Source: an uncultured Planctomycetota bacterium (GTDB taxonomy: Bacteria; Planctomycetota; Planctomycetia; Isosphaerales; Isosphaeraceae). From it: DNA of 64,000 nucleotides. The notes under the pieces are model-generated. The model saw only the letters and a list, made by a program, of their open reading frames with translations. It did no database searches and was not told the origin of the DNA. Below, piece by piece: positions 30,168 to 40,806 of this stretch (positions are counted from its first letter, which is position 1; each line of letters starts with the position of its first letter). The DNA lies in NCBI GenBank assembly GCA_963845755.1, contig CAWJTV010000022.1, positions 96,001 through 160,000 of the forward strand, read 5' to 3'. Both the position numbers and the translations under genes were made by a program.

Positions 30168-31221
30168 AGCGAGCCCCCTTCCGGATCGCACCGGCCAGGG
30201 CCCGTAGCGGGAAATACACCGCATATGCCGCCAGCGCAACGTCCAGCCGGCCGGTGGCCGCCAGAATGATCCAGAGATGCCAGCGAACGTCGGCGTGGCC
30301 GACCATGTGCACGACGCCGGCGAGGCCGCGCGGACGAGGGATCATGCCGGCCGATCGGGAGTTCGGTCCGCTGAGGCTCGATCGCCGCTCGAGCTCATCG
30401 CCCAGCGTCGACTGGACAAGGAAGAGGTATTTCCCCGAGGCGTAGAGGATCCCCACGACGAGCCAGAGCGGCAGTCCGTCCCGACTGTAGGCCCACCAGG
30501 CGATCGCGGCGTGCAGGGCCACGTCGGTCAGCTCATCGAGGAACTGATCGAGCCATCGGCCGAACGCGGAGCTGGTGCCCTGCAATCGGGCGAGGCGTCC
30601 GTCGGCGGTGTCGAGGACCAGGGCCAGGGCCATCGCGGTCGCCACAGCCGCGCGTCCAGTCCAGCCAGTCGCGCCCGCGCCCGCGGCGACGAGGCCGGCC
30701 GCCGCGAGCATCAAGACCGCTGCCGCCAGGGTCACGAGGTTGGGCCGGACCGGGGTCGGGCGGAGCCCTTCGGCCAATCGCCGGGCCAGCGGAAACGCCC
30801 AGTACTTGCCGATCGGCTGATAGGTCAGCCGATGCGTCAATTCCTCGTCGGCCGAGAAGATCGCTTCGGGGCGGTCGAGCCGCCAGAGCACGGCCGATTC
30901 TGGCGATTGGCCACGTCGCAGCCGGCGACGCAGCCGGCCCGTGTCGTAGAAACGATCCGTCCGCAGGACCGGCACACCCTCCCGCGGTGCGCCACTCACG
31001 AAGGAGACCGCACTGGACCGATCGCCGACCAGTTCGCGGAGCTCGCGGTGCTCCTCAGGCCGGGCGTGCACCAGCACGGGCTCGCCCGCGGGCGCCAGCT
31101 CCTCGGCCAGATCCAGCACGTGGCCGAACATGCTCCGTCCGAGCACGACCTCGGCGGCCATCAGGCCACGAGGCCCGCGCGGGCGGGCGTCAATCGCCAG
31201 GTGGAGCGGCCGAGAAGACAT
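30160..31221 (-). CDS. CDP-alcohol phosphatidyltransferase family protein
   Basis: PNLVT and the signature DTADGRLARLQGTSSAFGRWLDQFLD. Confidence 0.9.
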   Translation of the reverse strand: MSSRPLHLAIDARPRGPRGLMAAEVVLGRSMFGHVLDLAEELAPAGEPVLVHARPEEHRELRELVGDRSSAVSFVSGAPREGVPVLRTDRFYDTGRLRRRLRRGQSPESAVLWRLDRPEAIFSADEELTHRLTYQPIGKYWAFPLARRLAEGLRPTPVRPNLVTLAAAVLMLAAAGLVAAGAGATGWTGRAAVATAMALALVLDTADGRLARLQGTSSAFGRWLDQFLDELTDVALHAAIAWWAYSRDGLPLWLVVGILYASGKYLFLVQSTLGDELERRSSLSGPNSRSAGMIPRPRGLAGVVHMVGHADVRWHLWIILAATGRLDVALAAYAVYFPLRALAGAIRKGARYA

Positions 31222-31293
31222 CCATGCCTCCCTGCTCTTCTATGGTTGCTATTTAAACGACTTCTCAACAGAACCGCGAAAACGGCACACAGC

Positions 31294-32250
31294 TTACCAG
31301 GAAAACCGTCGATAGAATGCCTCTTGCCTCTCGATCCAGGTGCTGCCGCCCACATCTCGCTCGCGACGCGACGACAGGATCGCGCGGACGCGGCGGAGGG
31401 CGGAGAACACGGCCAGGGCGAAACCCGGACGTCCCCGCACCAGTGAGGCCAGCAGGCGAATCGGCAGCCAGAGCCAGTGAGCCAGCAACCGGACTCCCGC
31501 CGTGTTCTGCCACATGAAGATCACGGTGTTCCGGCTCGCCAGCCATTGGGAGCGCGTCAGGCCCAGTTCGGACCCGAACGTGGCGAATCCCCAGTGATAG
31601 GCGACCGACTCGGGGACGTAATAGCCCCGATACCCGGCCATCCAGCCCCGGAATCCCAGGTCGAGGTCCTCGATCCGGCCGGGGAAGTAGATCGGGTCGT
31701 ATCCGCCGAGGCCCAGGAACTTCAGGCGGTCGACTGCCAGCACCGGACCGGCCGCGGCTGTCTGGTCGGATGTCCCGACGGCCTCCTCGAAGCCGGGCAC
31801 GCGGCACATCCCCTGAACCAGGCCATATCGCATGCGGACCCGCGTCCTCATCCCCTCGTAGGTCCGACCGTCGAACGTCCAGCACATCGGGGCGGAGAAA
31901 AGGGCATCGTCGTGGCGCTCAAAGACCTGGAGCAGAGGACCGACCGAATCCGGGTCGAGCTTGATATCGTTGTTCAACAGCAGGACGACCGGCTCGTCCA
32001 GTCGCTCCAGCACGCGGTTGAACGAGGCCAGGCCCAGGTTCGGCTCGCGGACCAATCCCACATCCGGCCATCGCCGGGCGAGCCACTCGCACGAGTCGTC
32101 GGTCGAGCTGTTGTCCACGACGGTCACGGGGCATGGGACCTGCGCCCGCACGGCCGCCGCCAGGATGGTCGGCAGGCACTCCTCGAGCCAACCTCGGCCG
32201 TTGAAATTAAGGACGAGAATGTGAGTCCGATCGATCGTCAAGGGCTCCAT
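31294..32250 (-). CDS. Glycosyltransferase family 2
   Basis: ILVLNFNG, VVDNSSTDDS, LLLNND and EDLDLGFR motifs. Confidence 0.9.
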   Translation of the reverse strand: MEPLTIDRTHILVLNFNGRGWLEECLPTILAAAVRAQVPCPVTVVDNSSTDDSCEWLARRWPDVGLVREPNLGLASFNRVLERLDEPVVLLLNNDIKLDPDSVGPLLQVFERHDDALFSAPMCWTFDGRTYEGMRTRVRMRYGLVQGMCRVPGFEEAVGTSDQTAAAGPVLAVDRLKFLGLGGYDPIYFPGRIEDLDLGFRGWMAGYRGYYVPESVAYHWGFATFGSELGLTRSQWLASRNTVIFMWQNTAGVRLLAHWLWLPIRLLASLVRGRPGFALAVFSALRRVRAILSSRRERDVGGSTWIERQEAFYRRFSW

Positions 32251-32458
32251 CCCTCGCGCCTGAGTGGAACATCCTGTTCGGGCTGGACTTGCGGAAGACA
32301 AGACACCATCGACCCATCGAGGCGCAAGGATCGGCCTCGATTCGGTGCATACCATACGGTGCAACCCGTTTGCGGTCAACCCCGGCGTCGATCGATGAAG
32401 GGGACGACGCCGATTCTACCGGTGCGCGCACTCCGTCCCCGGCGAGTCTCGAGATAAC

Positions 32459-34129
32459 CTACCGCTCCTCGTTTCCCGGTTTTTCAAGAAGGAAGAATCG
32501 CCATTCACCAGGGACCAGCCACAGGCGATACGTCCGATCATCGAGCACGGCCGTGCCTGGCAGATGCGAGAAGGCCAAGGCGTATCGCCCGGTGATGTGC
32601 GGATGCCGGAAATGGTCGAACGGTAGCGTGAGGCCCCGGGGCGGGCCAATCGGCCCGTCGGAGGCGTCGGCGACGGGCCCCGGTGCGTACCAGCCGTCCC
32701 ACTCGTATCCGCCTTCGATGTCTTCAGCCGATATCCCCCGCGCAAGCGCGCGTCGCCCTAATCCCCAGCGGGCCGAGTTCCACGCGAGCCAATCGTGCAT
32801 CAAGCCGACCGAGCAGACCGCGAAGAGTGCGAGCGCGCCCAGGCCGGTCCGCCATCGAAGACGGAGCGGACCACCCGCGGCCAAGACCAGGGTTCCGGGC
32901 ATCAGGACGATGAGGTAGCGGTCGAACAAGTACGGCGAGACGAGCAGGATCGGGACGTGCAACGCCGTGTACAGGAAAAAGGGGTGAGCGAGCGCCCCTT
33001 TGCCGATCCGATCGATCGCGCGGACCGCGAGCGCCGCCACGCCGATGCAACCCGCCACGGTGAGGAATCCCTGCGCGAAGGTCCCCATCATCAAGGGCCG
33101 CTCGCCGACCAGGTAAATGCCGTTGTCGAGCGTCCCCCAGCATGTCACGGTATTGGGAAGATACGGGAAAAGCCCGCCGCGGTAGGCGTGCGGCGGTGCC
33201 AAGTCTCCCGCACCCACCCAGAGGATCGCCACAAGATCCAGCACCACGACGAAGGCCGCGAGAAACCGCTTCTCCAACACAATCCCCGGGCGTAGTGCCA
33301 GCACGGGCAGTGCCGACAATCCCAGGTAAACGCTACCTCGGAGGCATCGCACGAAAATGCGCATCCCGGATGGAACCACGGGGGCCAGTGGCACGGAGTC
33401 CGGCCGCGCCGTAAACCACGAATGGACGACGACCCCGGCAATCAGCGGCAGCCCGACGCCGACGAGCCAGGCCGGGCGCCACCGCAGCGTCCGCTCCCGC
33501 GCCAGGAGGATGCCGGCCACGACCGGGATGACGACCGCATTCTGGCGCGTGGTGGTCGCCAGAGTGGCGAAGAACGCTCCTGCCAAGAGAACGCGAAGCC
33601 GCCCGCCTCTGAGCGCGCGCGTGTAGAAGGCCAGCGCGATCAGCGAAAGGGAGAGCGCCGGCACGTCTGACATGAAGGTGCCGGACATTACGAAGACGAT
33701 TGGGTTCAACGCGATGGCCGCCGCCGTAAAGCTGGCCTCGGGAGGGCAAAGCCCCACCTCTCGCCGCAGGAGATCGTAGAACGCGAGAACACCGAGCAGG
33801 GACAGACCGACCGTCAACAGGCGGAGGGCCGTGTTGGATTCACCCACGATCCGGACGATAGGATAGGCCAGGAGCCACTGGCCGAGCAGCGGCATCGAAG
33901 GCTGCCGGTAGTAGTGAATGCCCTCGCCCCGCGCCAGGGCGAAGATGCCTTTGCTATATGCCCAGTCGTCGTTCAGGGGGAAATCCTGCCGATCGGCGGG
34001 GATCGCGGTCAGGATGAGGCCCCAAAGCATGACGATGGACCCGATCGGCAGCAGGGCGAAAACCCATTCTCCGCGTAATCGAGAGAGTCGTCCATCGGAG
34101 GCTCGAGTCGCGGTGGTCGTGAGCGTCAT
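32459..34129 (-). CDS. GT-C (ArnT/PMT-like) multi-pass glycosyltransferase
   Basis: FPLNDDWAY, TFMSDVP, RQ and FDRYL motifs, with many TM helices. Confidence 0.8.
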   Translation of the reverse strand: MTLTTTATRASDGRLSRLRGEWVFALLPIGSIVMLWGLILTAIPADRQDFPLNDDWAYSKGIFALARGEGIHYYRQPSMPLLGQWLLAYPIVRIVGESNTALRLLTVGLSLLGVLAFYDLLRREVGLCPPEASFTAAAIALNPIVFVMSGTFMSDVPALSLSLIALAFYTRALRGGRLRVLLAGAFFATLATTTRQNAVVIPVVAGILLARERTLRWRPAWLVGVGLPLIAGVVVHSWFTARPDSVPLAPVVPSGMRIFVRCLRGSVYLGLSALPVLALRPGIVLEKRFLAAFVVVLDLVAILWVGAGDLAPPHAYRGGLFPYLPNTVTCWGTLDNGIYLVGERPLMMGTFAQGFLTVAGCIGVAALAVRAIDRIGKGALAHPFFLYTALHVPILLVSPYLFDRYLIVLMPGTLVLAAGGPLRLRWRTGLGALALFAVCSVGLMHDWLAWNSARWGLGRRALARGISAEDIEGGYEWDGWYAPGPVADASDGPIGPPRGLTLPFDHFRHPHITGRYALAFSHLPGTAVLDDRTYRLWLVPGEWRFFLLEKPGNEER

Positions 34130-34319
34130 GTGTGTCGGGTCATTGAGTAGGGTTGACCAGGAATCGATCGCCACGGCAAGTCACTCGCGGCCGGATCGCC
34201 TTGCGAGATTTCGGGTGGGCGAGGCTCCGTCCGAGCTGGACCGGAATAGGGCTCGCCAGGACGTTCGACCTCCCGGAATCGTGCGAAGGCATGGATTATC
34301 CCGGCAAGGGATACTCACA

Positions 34320-34442
34320 TACCAGCTCGAAGTGCCAGCGAGTGGGTGGAGGTTTCCCGCGGCAACCACTCGCTGGCGCTTCGACCTTGTAACGAGTGGA
34401 GGCTTCTTGCGGGAACCCACTCGCTGGCGCTTCGAGCTGGTA
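34320..34442. repeat. REP-like palindromic cluster
   Basis: 28-nt outer inverted repeat (TACCAGCTCGAAGxGCCAGCGAGTGGGT, 1 mismatch) plus an internal extra arm. Confidence 0.85.
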
Positions 34443-34529
34443 ATTGACCTTCTTTCCTATCAGGGTGATAGAATAGGATGAACGCGCGCAGCGACGACAG
34501 TGCTGGATCATTGGGCCCGGGAGGCAGGC

Positions 34530-35366
34530 ATGAGCGCACTCCGCGAACCATTTCCCGTGGGCCAGATCCTTCGTCCAAGTGCCGATTCCGGCCGCGAGGT
34601 CAGAAACAAAGTCATCGCGGTTCTTCCGGCCTACAATGCCGAGAAGACACTGGCCGCGACGCTGGCTGAGGTCCCCGCTGGTTCGGTCGATGAGATCATG
34701 CTTGTCGATGATTGCAGCACCGACCGCACCGTGGAGTTGGCCCGCGCGATGGGGTTGACGGTGGTCGTTCACCCGGAGAATCGCGGCTACGGCGGCAATC
34801 AGAAGACCTGTTATGGACTGGCCCTGAGTCATGGGGCCGACATCATCGTCATGATTCACCCGGACTACCAGTACGACAGCCGGGTCGTTCCCCACGCCGT
34901 GGGCCTGGTTGAGCTCGACATCTGTGATGTCGTGCTCGGCAGCCGGATTCGTTCGCGCCGGGAGGCCATGGCCGGAGGGATGCCTCTGTACAAGTATGTC
35001 GGCAACCGCGTCTTGACGGTCGTCGAGAACATCGCGCTGGGGCAGAATCTCGGTGACTTCCATAGCGGTTTCCGGGTTTATCGCCGCGCGGTGCTGGAAC
35101 GGATTCCCTTCGAGCGCAACTCCGACGATTTCGTCTTCGACACACAACTCCTGGTCCAGGCCGTGCGCTTTGGTTTCCGGCTGGGCGATCTCCCGGTGCC
35201 GGTGCGGTACTTTACCGAGGCAAGCAGCATCAATTTCCAGAGGAGCGTGAGATACGGCTTCGGCACGCTCGGCACCGTGGCGGCTTACTGGATGGACCGC
35301 CTGTCGATTCGGCGCTCACCTCTCTTTTCCGAGAAACATGGAGGCGATTCAGCCCAATGCCCCTGA
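34530..35366 (+). CDS. GT2 polyprenol-phosphate glycosyltransferase (DPM1/ArnC-like)
   Basis: [35 protein letters not shown] and HSGFRVY motifs. Confidence 0.9.
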   Translation: MSALREPFPVGQILRPSADSGREVRNKVIAVLPAYNAEKTLAATLAEVPAGSVDEIMLVDDCSTDRTVELARAMGLTVVVHPENRGYGGNQKTCYGLALSHGADIIVMIHPDYQYDSRVVPHAVGLVELDICDVVLGSRIRSRREAMAGGMPLYKYVGNRVLTVVENIALGQNLGDFHSGFRVYRRAVLERIPFERNSDDFVFDTQLLVQAVRFGFRLGDLPVPVRYFTEASSINFQRSVRYGFGTLGTVAAYWMDRLSIRRSPLFSEKHGGDSAQCP

Positions 35367-35407
35367 ATGAGCCGTAAGCCATGCCGAGGAGACGACTTCG
35401 AATCGTT

Positions 35408-35436
35408 CCCCCCTTACGAAGGGGGACACAGGGGGG
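35408..35436. repeat. Short REP-like hairpin between convergent genes
   Basis: CCCCCCTTACGAAGGGGG followed by ACACAGGGGGG. Confidence 0.5.
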
Positions 35437-35545
35437 TTGTGTTAAGCGACAGGAGAGCCCGACCTCAATGCGGATCCCTCTTGCCGGGGTCATATCAAGC
35501 CTGTCGCAAGCCGATCGCCTGGTTTCATTCGCCTCTGCCGAGCAC

Positions 35546-36630
35546 CTAATACGCATCGCTGCCGACGACCTCGCCGCCGTTGCGGGTTGACAGCGCCTGC
35601 CAGACGCCCGACGGCGGCAGGTTCACCCAGGCCCCCTGACCGTTCTGTGAAGCCCCGGCCGGGTTGCCCGAGATCGTGTTGAATGGCCAGGTCTGAATCG
35701 AGTCCTTGATGAACCGCACCGAGCCGTCGCCCATCAGCACGTTGAGCCCACCTGGATGCATGCTGGAGGCCGAATTCGTCCAGGCCATCATCGAGGCGCC
35801 GGCGACCTTGTCGCAGGCATTGGGCGGGTAAAGCGTCGTGATCAGCGTGTCGCCCCAGTTGCCGGTGATGTACCAGCCGTGCTGGGCCGCATATCGCGGG
35901 TTGAGCGCATTCAATTCCTGGAGGATCGTCGTCGCCTTCTCGGCCATGAAGATCGTGTTGCTCAGCCCGTCGGTCACCGAAGCCAGGCGGATAGGCGACA
36001 CGTCGTTGAAGACCCCATTGCACTGCGCAATCAACGGACCCGGCACGACGCAATTATTGCTCGGCAGGGGCTGAGCCAGCACCGGCAGCGAGCCGATCAT
36101 GCCGGCATAGCTCGTGAAGACCATGAACGCCGCGTCGGGCACGCCGTACCTGGTCAGGGCGCCGGGATTGAGGCTCGCGGCGAGCCCGCCGTAGGGTCGC
36201 TGGGACAGGCGAAGGCCGCGATGGCGATCGCGTGGATCGTGCTGTTCTCACCGCCGATGATCGCCAGATCCTGGTTGATCGCGTTGTAGAGCGTCGCCTG
36301 CTCCATGAATCCCAGCGCGAAAACCTCCAGGCTCTTGTCGACTATCGTTGACGTGCAGGGCGGCCTCGCGCCGGCATAGCGAGGATCGTATGACTTCATC
36401 CGGCCCGGCGGTAGCGAGCCGAAGGCGTCGTGGTAATTCTGCAGGGCCAGTCCGAACTGCTTGAGGTTGTTCGAGCACTGCGCGCGGCGGGCCGATTCCC
36501 GGGCGGACTGGACGGCGGGAAGGAAGAGTGCGATCAGAAGCGAGATGATCGAGATTGAGACGAGGAGCTCGATGAGGGTGAAACCAACGGCTAAGTCTCC
36601 CAAGCGATAGTGTCGCATCTGCCACCCCAT
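35546..36630 (-). CDS. DUF1559 prepilin-type protein with H-X9-DG C-terminal motif (frameshift ~36170)
   Basis: [44 protein letters not shown] and [16 protein letters not shown] motifs. Confidence 0.92.
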
Positions 36631-36898
36631 GAGGGCAAGACGGGAGCCGAGCGAAAAAATCGGCCCGAGTGACGTCACCGAACGACCGGCGTAGGCGCAC
36701 AGCAAGTCGGCATCGGAGCACTACTGTCCCGTCCGCTCCCGCTATTGGCTGAAAGCCTCAGCTCGGTTCTTGATGCCGACTGAATTGCCCTGACTCGCCT
36801 TACAAGCAGCGAGATCGGCTCCGATGATGCATGCGAGACGCCGGAGGTGCCGAATCGAGCCTTCAGGCACTCCATTGGTCGCTGTGCGTTATCCCGGG

Positions 36899-37984
36899 CT
36901 AATTCTCTCGAGTCCCTTCAGGGCGGCGTTCTGCCGCACCCGGGACCGATTCGGGTGGCCTCCGGCGAAGGGTCCCGGCATAATACTTGAGAACAATCGC
37001 GACGAGCAGCGACGCGACGGCCGCCCCGAGCAACAAGACAACGGTACGGTTCGCGAACCGAGACCGGGACGGCCCCGGCTGTCCCAGCTCTGGTAGTCCG
37101 AAAGCCGCCAACGTGAACTCGCGATCCGGCGGGTCCACGAGTCGCAGATCCTCGAAAGTAAAATCATGTACATATACCGGTGCCCTTGAACGCCGATCCA
37201 TCAACTCGACGACGACACGTTTGGGTACTGGAAAGCCATCCTGAATATCCCCGTACTCCACCTGCCCTCGTATGGCCGCCTTGCTGTAGCCAAGTTCGTA
37301 TTCCCGGAGAACCCACTTCTTTTCAGGCGCGACCAAGATCCAGCCATCATACTCCGGGCTCGGTCTCCCCTTCGCGATCTTCCAGATCCCCTCCTTGAGG
37401 CGGACCTCCAATTTCAAGCAATTCTCGCCGTCCTGGCGGACTTCGGAAATGCGCTGAATGGAGAAGCGGTCGCTGGAAATGATGCGGCTCAATGGCTGAT
37501 AGAACGCGGAGAGCGAGAATGGCGCATCGAGATACTCGTAAAGCCAACCATCAACTTGAACCGTCGATTGCTGTGGAGGTTCTCCGTTTACATTCTTATC
37601 GAACGACCTAATGACATATTGTGCATCACCATCCTTCTTTACCAGAGCAAAGGAATAATCCTTGTTAAAACAGTATACCATGTCCTGGCCTGCCGGTCTC
37701 GTTCGGCTCGACGTTACCCTCGCCCAATAAGGTCTCCTTGTCGCAAATGTGAACTTACCCACCATCTCCTGTTGACGCGGTTTTCCGATTTGGTGTTTAA
37801 GAGAGTAGTTGACGGACCCTACGGCCCTGGAGAAATGTTCCTCGAGAGCCTTGAGGGCATCGGGAAACTCTTTCAGGATCCTCGACCTGAGAACGGCTTC
37901 GTCGTCTCGCGCACATGCCAGGGTTGACCAAAGGAAAAGAAAGCCGGAAATCGAGGCGCCGATCATCGCACGTCGGACTCTCAT
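36899..37984 (-). CDS. Exported hypothetical protein with C-terminal membrane anchor
   Basis: Signal peptide, beta-rich body, EFTLAAFGLPE then TM helix and basic tail. Visibly lower GC than the flanks. Confidence 0.8.
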   Translation of the reverse strand: MRVRRAMIGASISGFLFLWSTLACARDDEAVLRSRILKEFPDALKALEEHFSRAVGSVNYSLKHQIGKPRQQEMVGKFTFATRRPYWARVTSSRTRPAGQDMVYCFNKDYSFALVKKDGDAQYVIRSFDKNVNGEPPQQSTVQVDGWLYEYLDAPFSLSAFYQPLSRIISSDRFSIQRISEVRQDGENCLKLEVRLKEGIWKIAKGRPSPEYDGWILVAPEKKWVLREYELGYSKAAIRGQVEYGDIQDGFPVPKRVVVELMDRRSRAPVYVHDFTFEDLRLVDPPDREFTLAAFGLPELGQPGPSRSRFANRTVVLLLGAAVASLLVAIVLKYYAGTLRRRPPESVPGAAERRPEGTREN

Positions 37985-38248
37985 AGTTCCCCCTTAGCGC
38001 CTGAATTGCTATCGGCCGATAGGGTAGGGCGCTGGCGTAGGCCACCGTGACAGGAAACAAACCCAAAGACCGAAGAAAGACATCCAATCAAGGCGCGCCG
38101 AGCGATACACTGTCTACTGCCGGGAACGGGGACAGGTTTGGCGGCCGCTCGCTTCCCATCCGGATACGGGCCCTAACCCAATTGACCGAAGGGTGGTGAC
38201 CCGGGATTATTGAGTGGCTGGCACAGGCTCCAAGCATGCAGGGACAGA

Positions 38249-39104
38249 GAACGTGCTGAGAAAGTTATGATTTCTTCACCAGACGGCGGGCCATCAGATG
38301 GATCATCGCCAGCTTGACCCACGCCTCGCCGCTGTCGGTCGTAGCCTCGTAGTCCTTGCTCAGTCGGCGACACCGACCGAGCCAAGCGATCGTCCGCTCC
38401 ACCACCCAGCGCCGCTTGATGACCTTGAACCCCGGCTGCGTCCGCTTGACGACCTCCAGCAGGATCGGCCGAGCCGGCCGAAAGCGGACCACCCAGTCAG
38501 CCATCCGCCGGTACATACCATCGGCCCGCACTAGCCTCAGCCGACTTAAACGCCCCCCGGATCGCCTCGAAGACCAGCTTCAGCCGGTGATAGTCCTGGA
38601 TGTCGGCCGCAATGCACGACCACCACGAGGATCAGCCCGAGCGTATCGACGAGCAGGTGCCGCTTGCGGCCCGTGACCCCCTTACCGCTGTCGTAGCCCC
38701 TCGGCCCCTCTTTTCGGTCGTCTCGACCGACTGGCTGTCGATGATCGCCGCCGACGGTTGCCGGGGGCGGCCCTAGGCCTGCCGCAGGTCGCCCCGCAGT
38801 TCGTCGTGCAGCCGGTCGAGTGTGCTGTCCTCCTTCCAGGTGCGGAAGTACCAGCACACGCTGTCCCAGGGCGGGAAGTCGTGCGGCAAGGCGCGCCACT
38901 GGCAGCCCGTGCGGTTGATGTACAGCAAGGCGTTGACGATCTCACGCCGCTGGTACCTGGCGAGGCGGCTGCCCGGTCTGGGGGCCGGGATGAATCGCTC
39001 AACCTGGGCCCAGTGCTCGTCGGTCAGGTCGCTGTGATTAGGGTTGTCGTGTGTCCATGCCCGGTCATCACCGCAAGTACCGGGCCGGCTTTCTCAACAG
39101 GCTC
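38249..39104 (-). mobile_element. IS5-family (IS1031-like) insertion sequence, degenerate
   Basis: Imperfect 16-bp TIRs at 38249-38264 and 39089-39104. Transposase motifs TGCQWRALPHDFPPW, IIDSQSV, GRKRHLLVDTLG and RWVVERTIAW. Confidence 0.9.
38265..39058 (-). pseudogene. IS5-family transposase pseudogene
   Basis: In-frame TAG (~38773) plus frameshifts. Confidence 0.85.
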
Positions 39105-39109
39105 TGAGA

Positions 39110-39317
39110 CGAATGGCACTCGGATTTTTGCAAAGCATTACAGAGTAACGGCTTTCGCCGATTGTCACCGCTTTTGCTCGGAGTCGCCCTCGGGACCGGT
39201 CCCCACAAATCCCGAGGATTCACAGCATGGTCCAACGCGAGGACCATGAATGAAAACGGCTATCGACGACATAACCGATTTGTGTACAATGGGTTATAGA
39301 AATCCGAGTGCCATTCG
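39110..39317. mobile_element. 208-bp MITE with 18-bp perfect TIRs and 9-bp target duplication
   Basis: CGAATGGCACTCGGATTT / AAATCCGAGTGCCATTCG, flanked on both sides by GCTCTGAGA. Confidence 0.9.
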
Positions 39318-39382
39318 GCTCTGAGACGAATTTCCGCCTCCGTTCGAGAATCTCGGTCCGCCGTCAGCGCCCTGGGCGCGGT

Positions 39383-39658
39383 TCAGTCACAGTCCTCTTC
39401 ACAAACATAACCAGTATAACCCGTATCGTGACACAAACAACTGGCATCACAGTTACAGCAGCACACGTCGTTGCAGTTACACCACCCACAGGGCTCCCCT
39501 TCACAATCTTCACAGTACTCCGTGGTACCGCAATAATTTGCGGTAAGAGGTTCGTCGGCCAAGGCAGCCGTGCTGCCCCAGGAGAGCAGGCCCAAGAGCA
39601 TCAAGACGATGAAGGACGCTGCGAAGAAGCTCGAGGCGATGGAAAGCACGCGAGACAT
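39383..39658 (-). CDS. Small secreted cysteine-rich acidic peptide (91 aa)
   Basis: RBS AGGAGG, a 34-aa signal ending ALA, and a 57-aa mature part with 14 Cys. Confidence 0.8.
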   Translation of the reverse strand: MSRVLSIASSFFAASFIVLMLLGLLSWGSTAALADEPLTANYCGTTEYCEDCEGEPCGWCNCNDVCCCNCDASCLCHDTGYTGYVCEEDCD

Positions 39659-39838
39659 GTTCAGTACCTCCTGCGAAGTTCGAGTACAACCGCCAAAGAT
39701 ACGCCTCGCCCGAAGCCGCACGCACGACGATCGGGACGAAAACCTAACCACCACTGAGACGGTTCCGGGCTCCAAAGATCGCACTAAGGCCGGCCTCCTT
39801 CCGGGATGGGCGAGTAGGAGGGGGCCCACTCGCCATGG

Positions 39839-40294
39839 TCAATGCTGCCCCCTGCCTTCAAAGACGCGGCCTTGGATTCGTACCGACACCGTTGGTTCGC
39901 CGGGACAATCCAAGTACAAGTTGAGAACGGTACTGAACTCATGATCACCGGCCCGGGCCGCCTTCAGCATAAGCTGAACCTCACGACTCGAGTGGGGTGG
40001 AACGGTGACTGGAAGGCCCGCGGGCCGGATGCAGCCCCATTTCGTACAAAACCGCTCGGCCCCCAGAACGCGGATGGGGCGGGACGACCTGTTCGATAAG
40101 TTGTACGAGACTGGGGTGACCGAGTCGGCCTTAATATCACCCAGCGATCTCTGCGGGGGGTCGATCTGCAGCAAGTCCCCCAGGGTCGTGGACGTACGAC
40201 GCTCTCCCCCGCTCCACGCCAAGCAAGCAAGGGCAAAGAGGGCGACTGAAATCACCCAGGAGCAGACTATTCCGAAGCGCACGAGTCGTACCAT
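39839..40294 (-). CDS. DUF1573-like Ig-fold protein
   Basis: N-terminal TM, then SLGD..YNLSNRSSRPIRVLG..CTKWGC..VPP and C-terminal VRIQGRV. Confidence 0.7.
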   Translation of the reverse strand: MVRLVRFGIVCSWVISVALFALACLAWSGGERRTSTTLGDLLQIDPPQRSLGDIKADSVTPVSYNLSNRSSRPIRVLGAERFCTKWGCIRPAGLPVTVPPHSSREVQLMLKAARAGDHEFSTVLNLYLDCPGEPTVSVRIQGRVFEGRGQH

Positions 40295-40302
40295 AGTCTA
40301 CC

Positions 40303-40806
40303 CTACTCCGGAACCGCTGGCTTGGCTGTTGAAGGCCCAGTGCGCTCGACTACGCGTCCGCTGATCTTGAGGTCCAACCGTTGTTGGCCTTCTCGATCGG
40401 TAATCAGGCTAACGCGCTCGGCAATCTGGCCCGGCCGAGGCTTCGGGCGGAGGCCTATTCGAAGCCGGAAGACCCCACGGGGGGGAAGGACTACGGGGAG
40501 CTGGTCCAACACGAGGCACGTGCAGGATGACTTCGCACCGACGATCTCAACTGCTTGATTTGACATATTGGTAAGCTTGAAGAAGACCGCATGCTGATCG
40601 CCCACACTTACGACGCCGACCGACCGGGTATAAGCGTCCGCGATGAGTCGATCCCCACCGAGATAAGCCACGGCGGATCCAAAGGACCCGAAAAAGTACA
40701 AGGCGATGGCCGCGATGGCAAGGAGGCCGATATTGGTGATGATCACGGTCAGAGCCATCCACGACAGGGGCCTTTTCCTGGTCGCGGTCGATTCTGTAGC
40801 GATCAC
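40303..40806 (-). CDS. DUF1573 Ig-fold protein
   Basis: TM, then FKLTNMSNQAVEIVGAKSSCTC...LPP...ITD...LKISGRV. Confidence 0.8.
   Translation of the reverse strand: MIATESTATRKRPLSWMALTVIITNIGLLAIAAIALYFFGSFGSAVAYLGGDRLIADAYTRSVGVVSVGDQHAVFFKLTNMSNQAVEIVGAKSSCTCLVLDQLPVVLPPRGVFRLRIGLRPKPRPGQIAERVSLITDREGQQRLDLKISGRVVERTGPSTAKPAVPE

Noticed and set aside
39383..39658. Cys-rich peptide as a ranthipeptide/sactipeptide precursor modified by the radical SAM at 47-48 kb
   Set aside because: That enzyme is HpnH in a hopanoid operon, and the peptide has a Sec signal rather than a RiPP leader.
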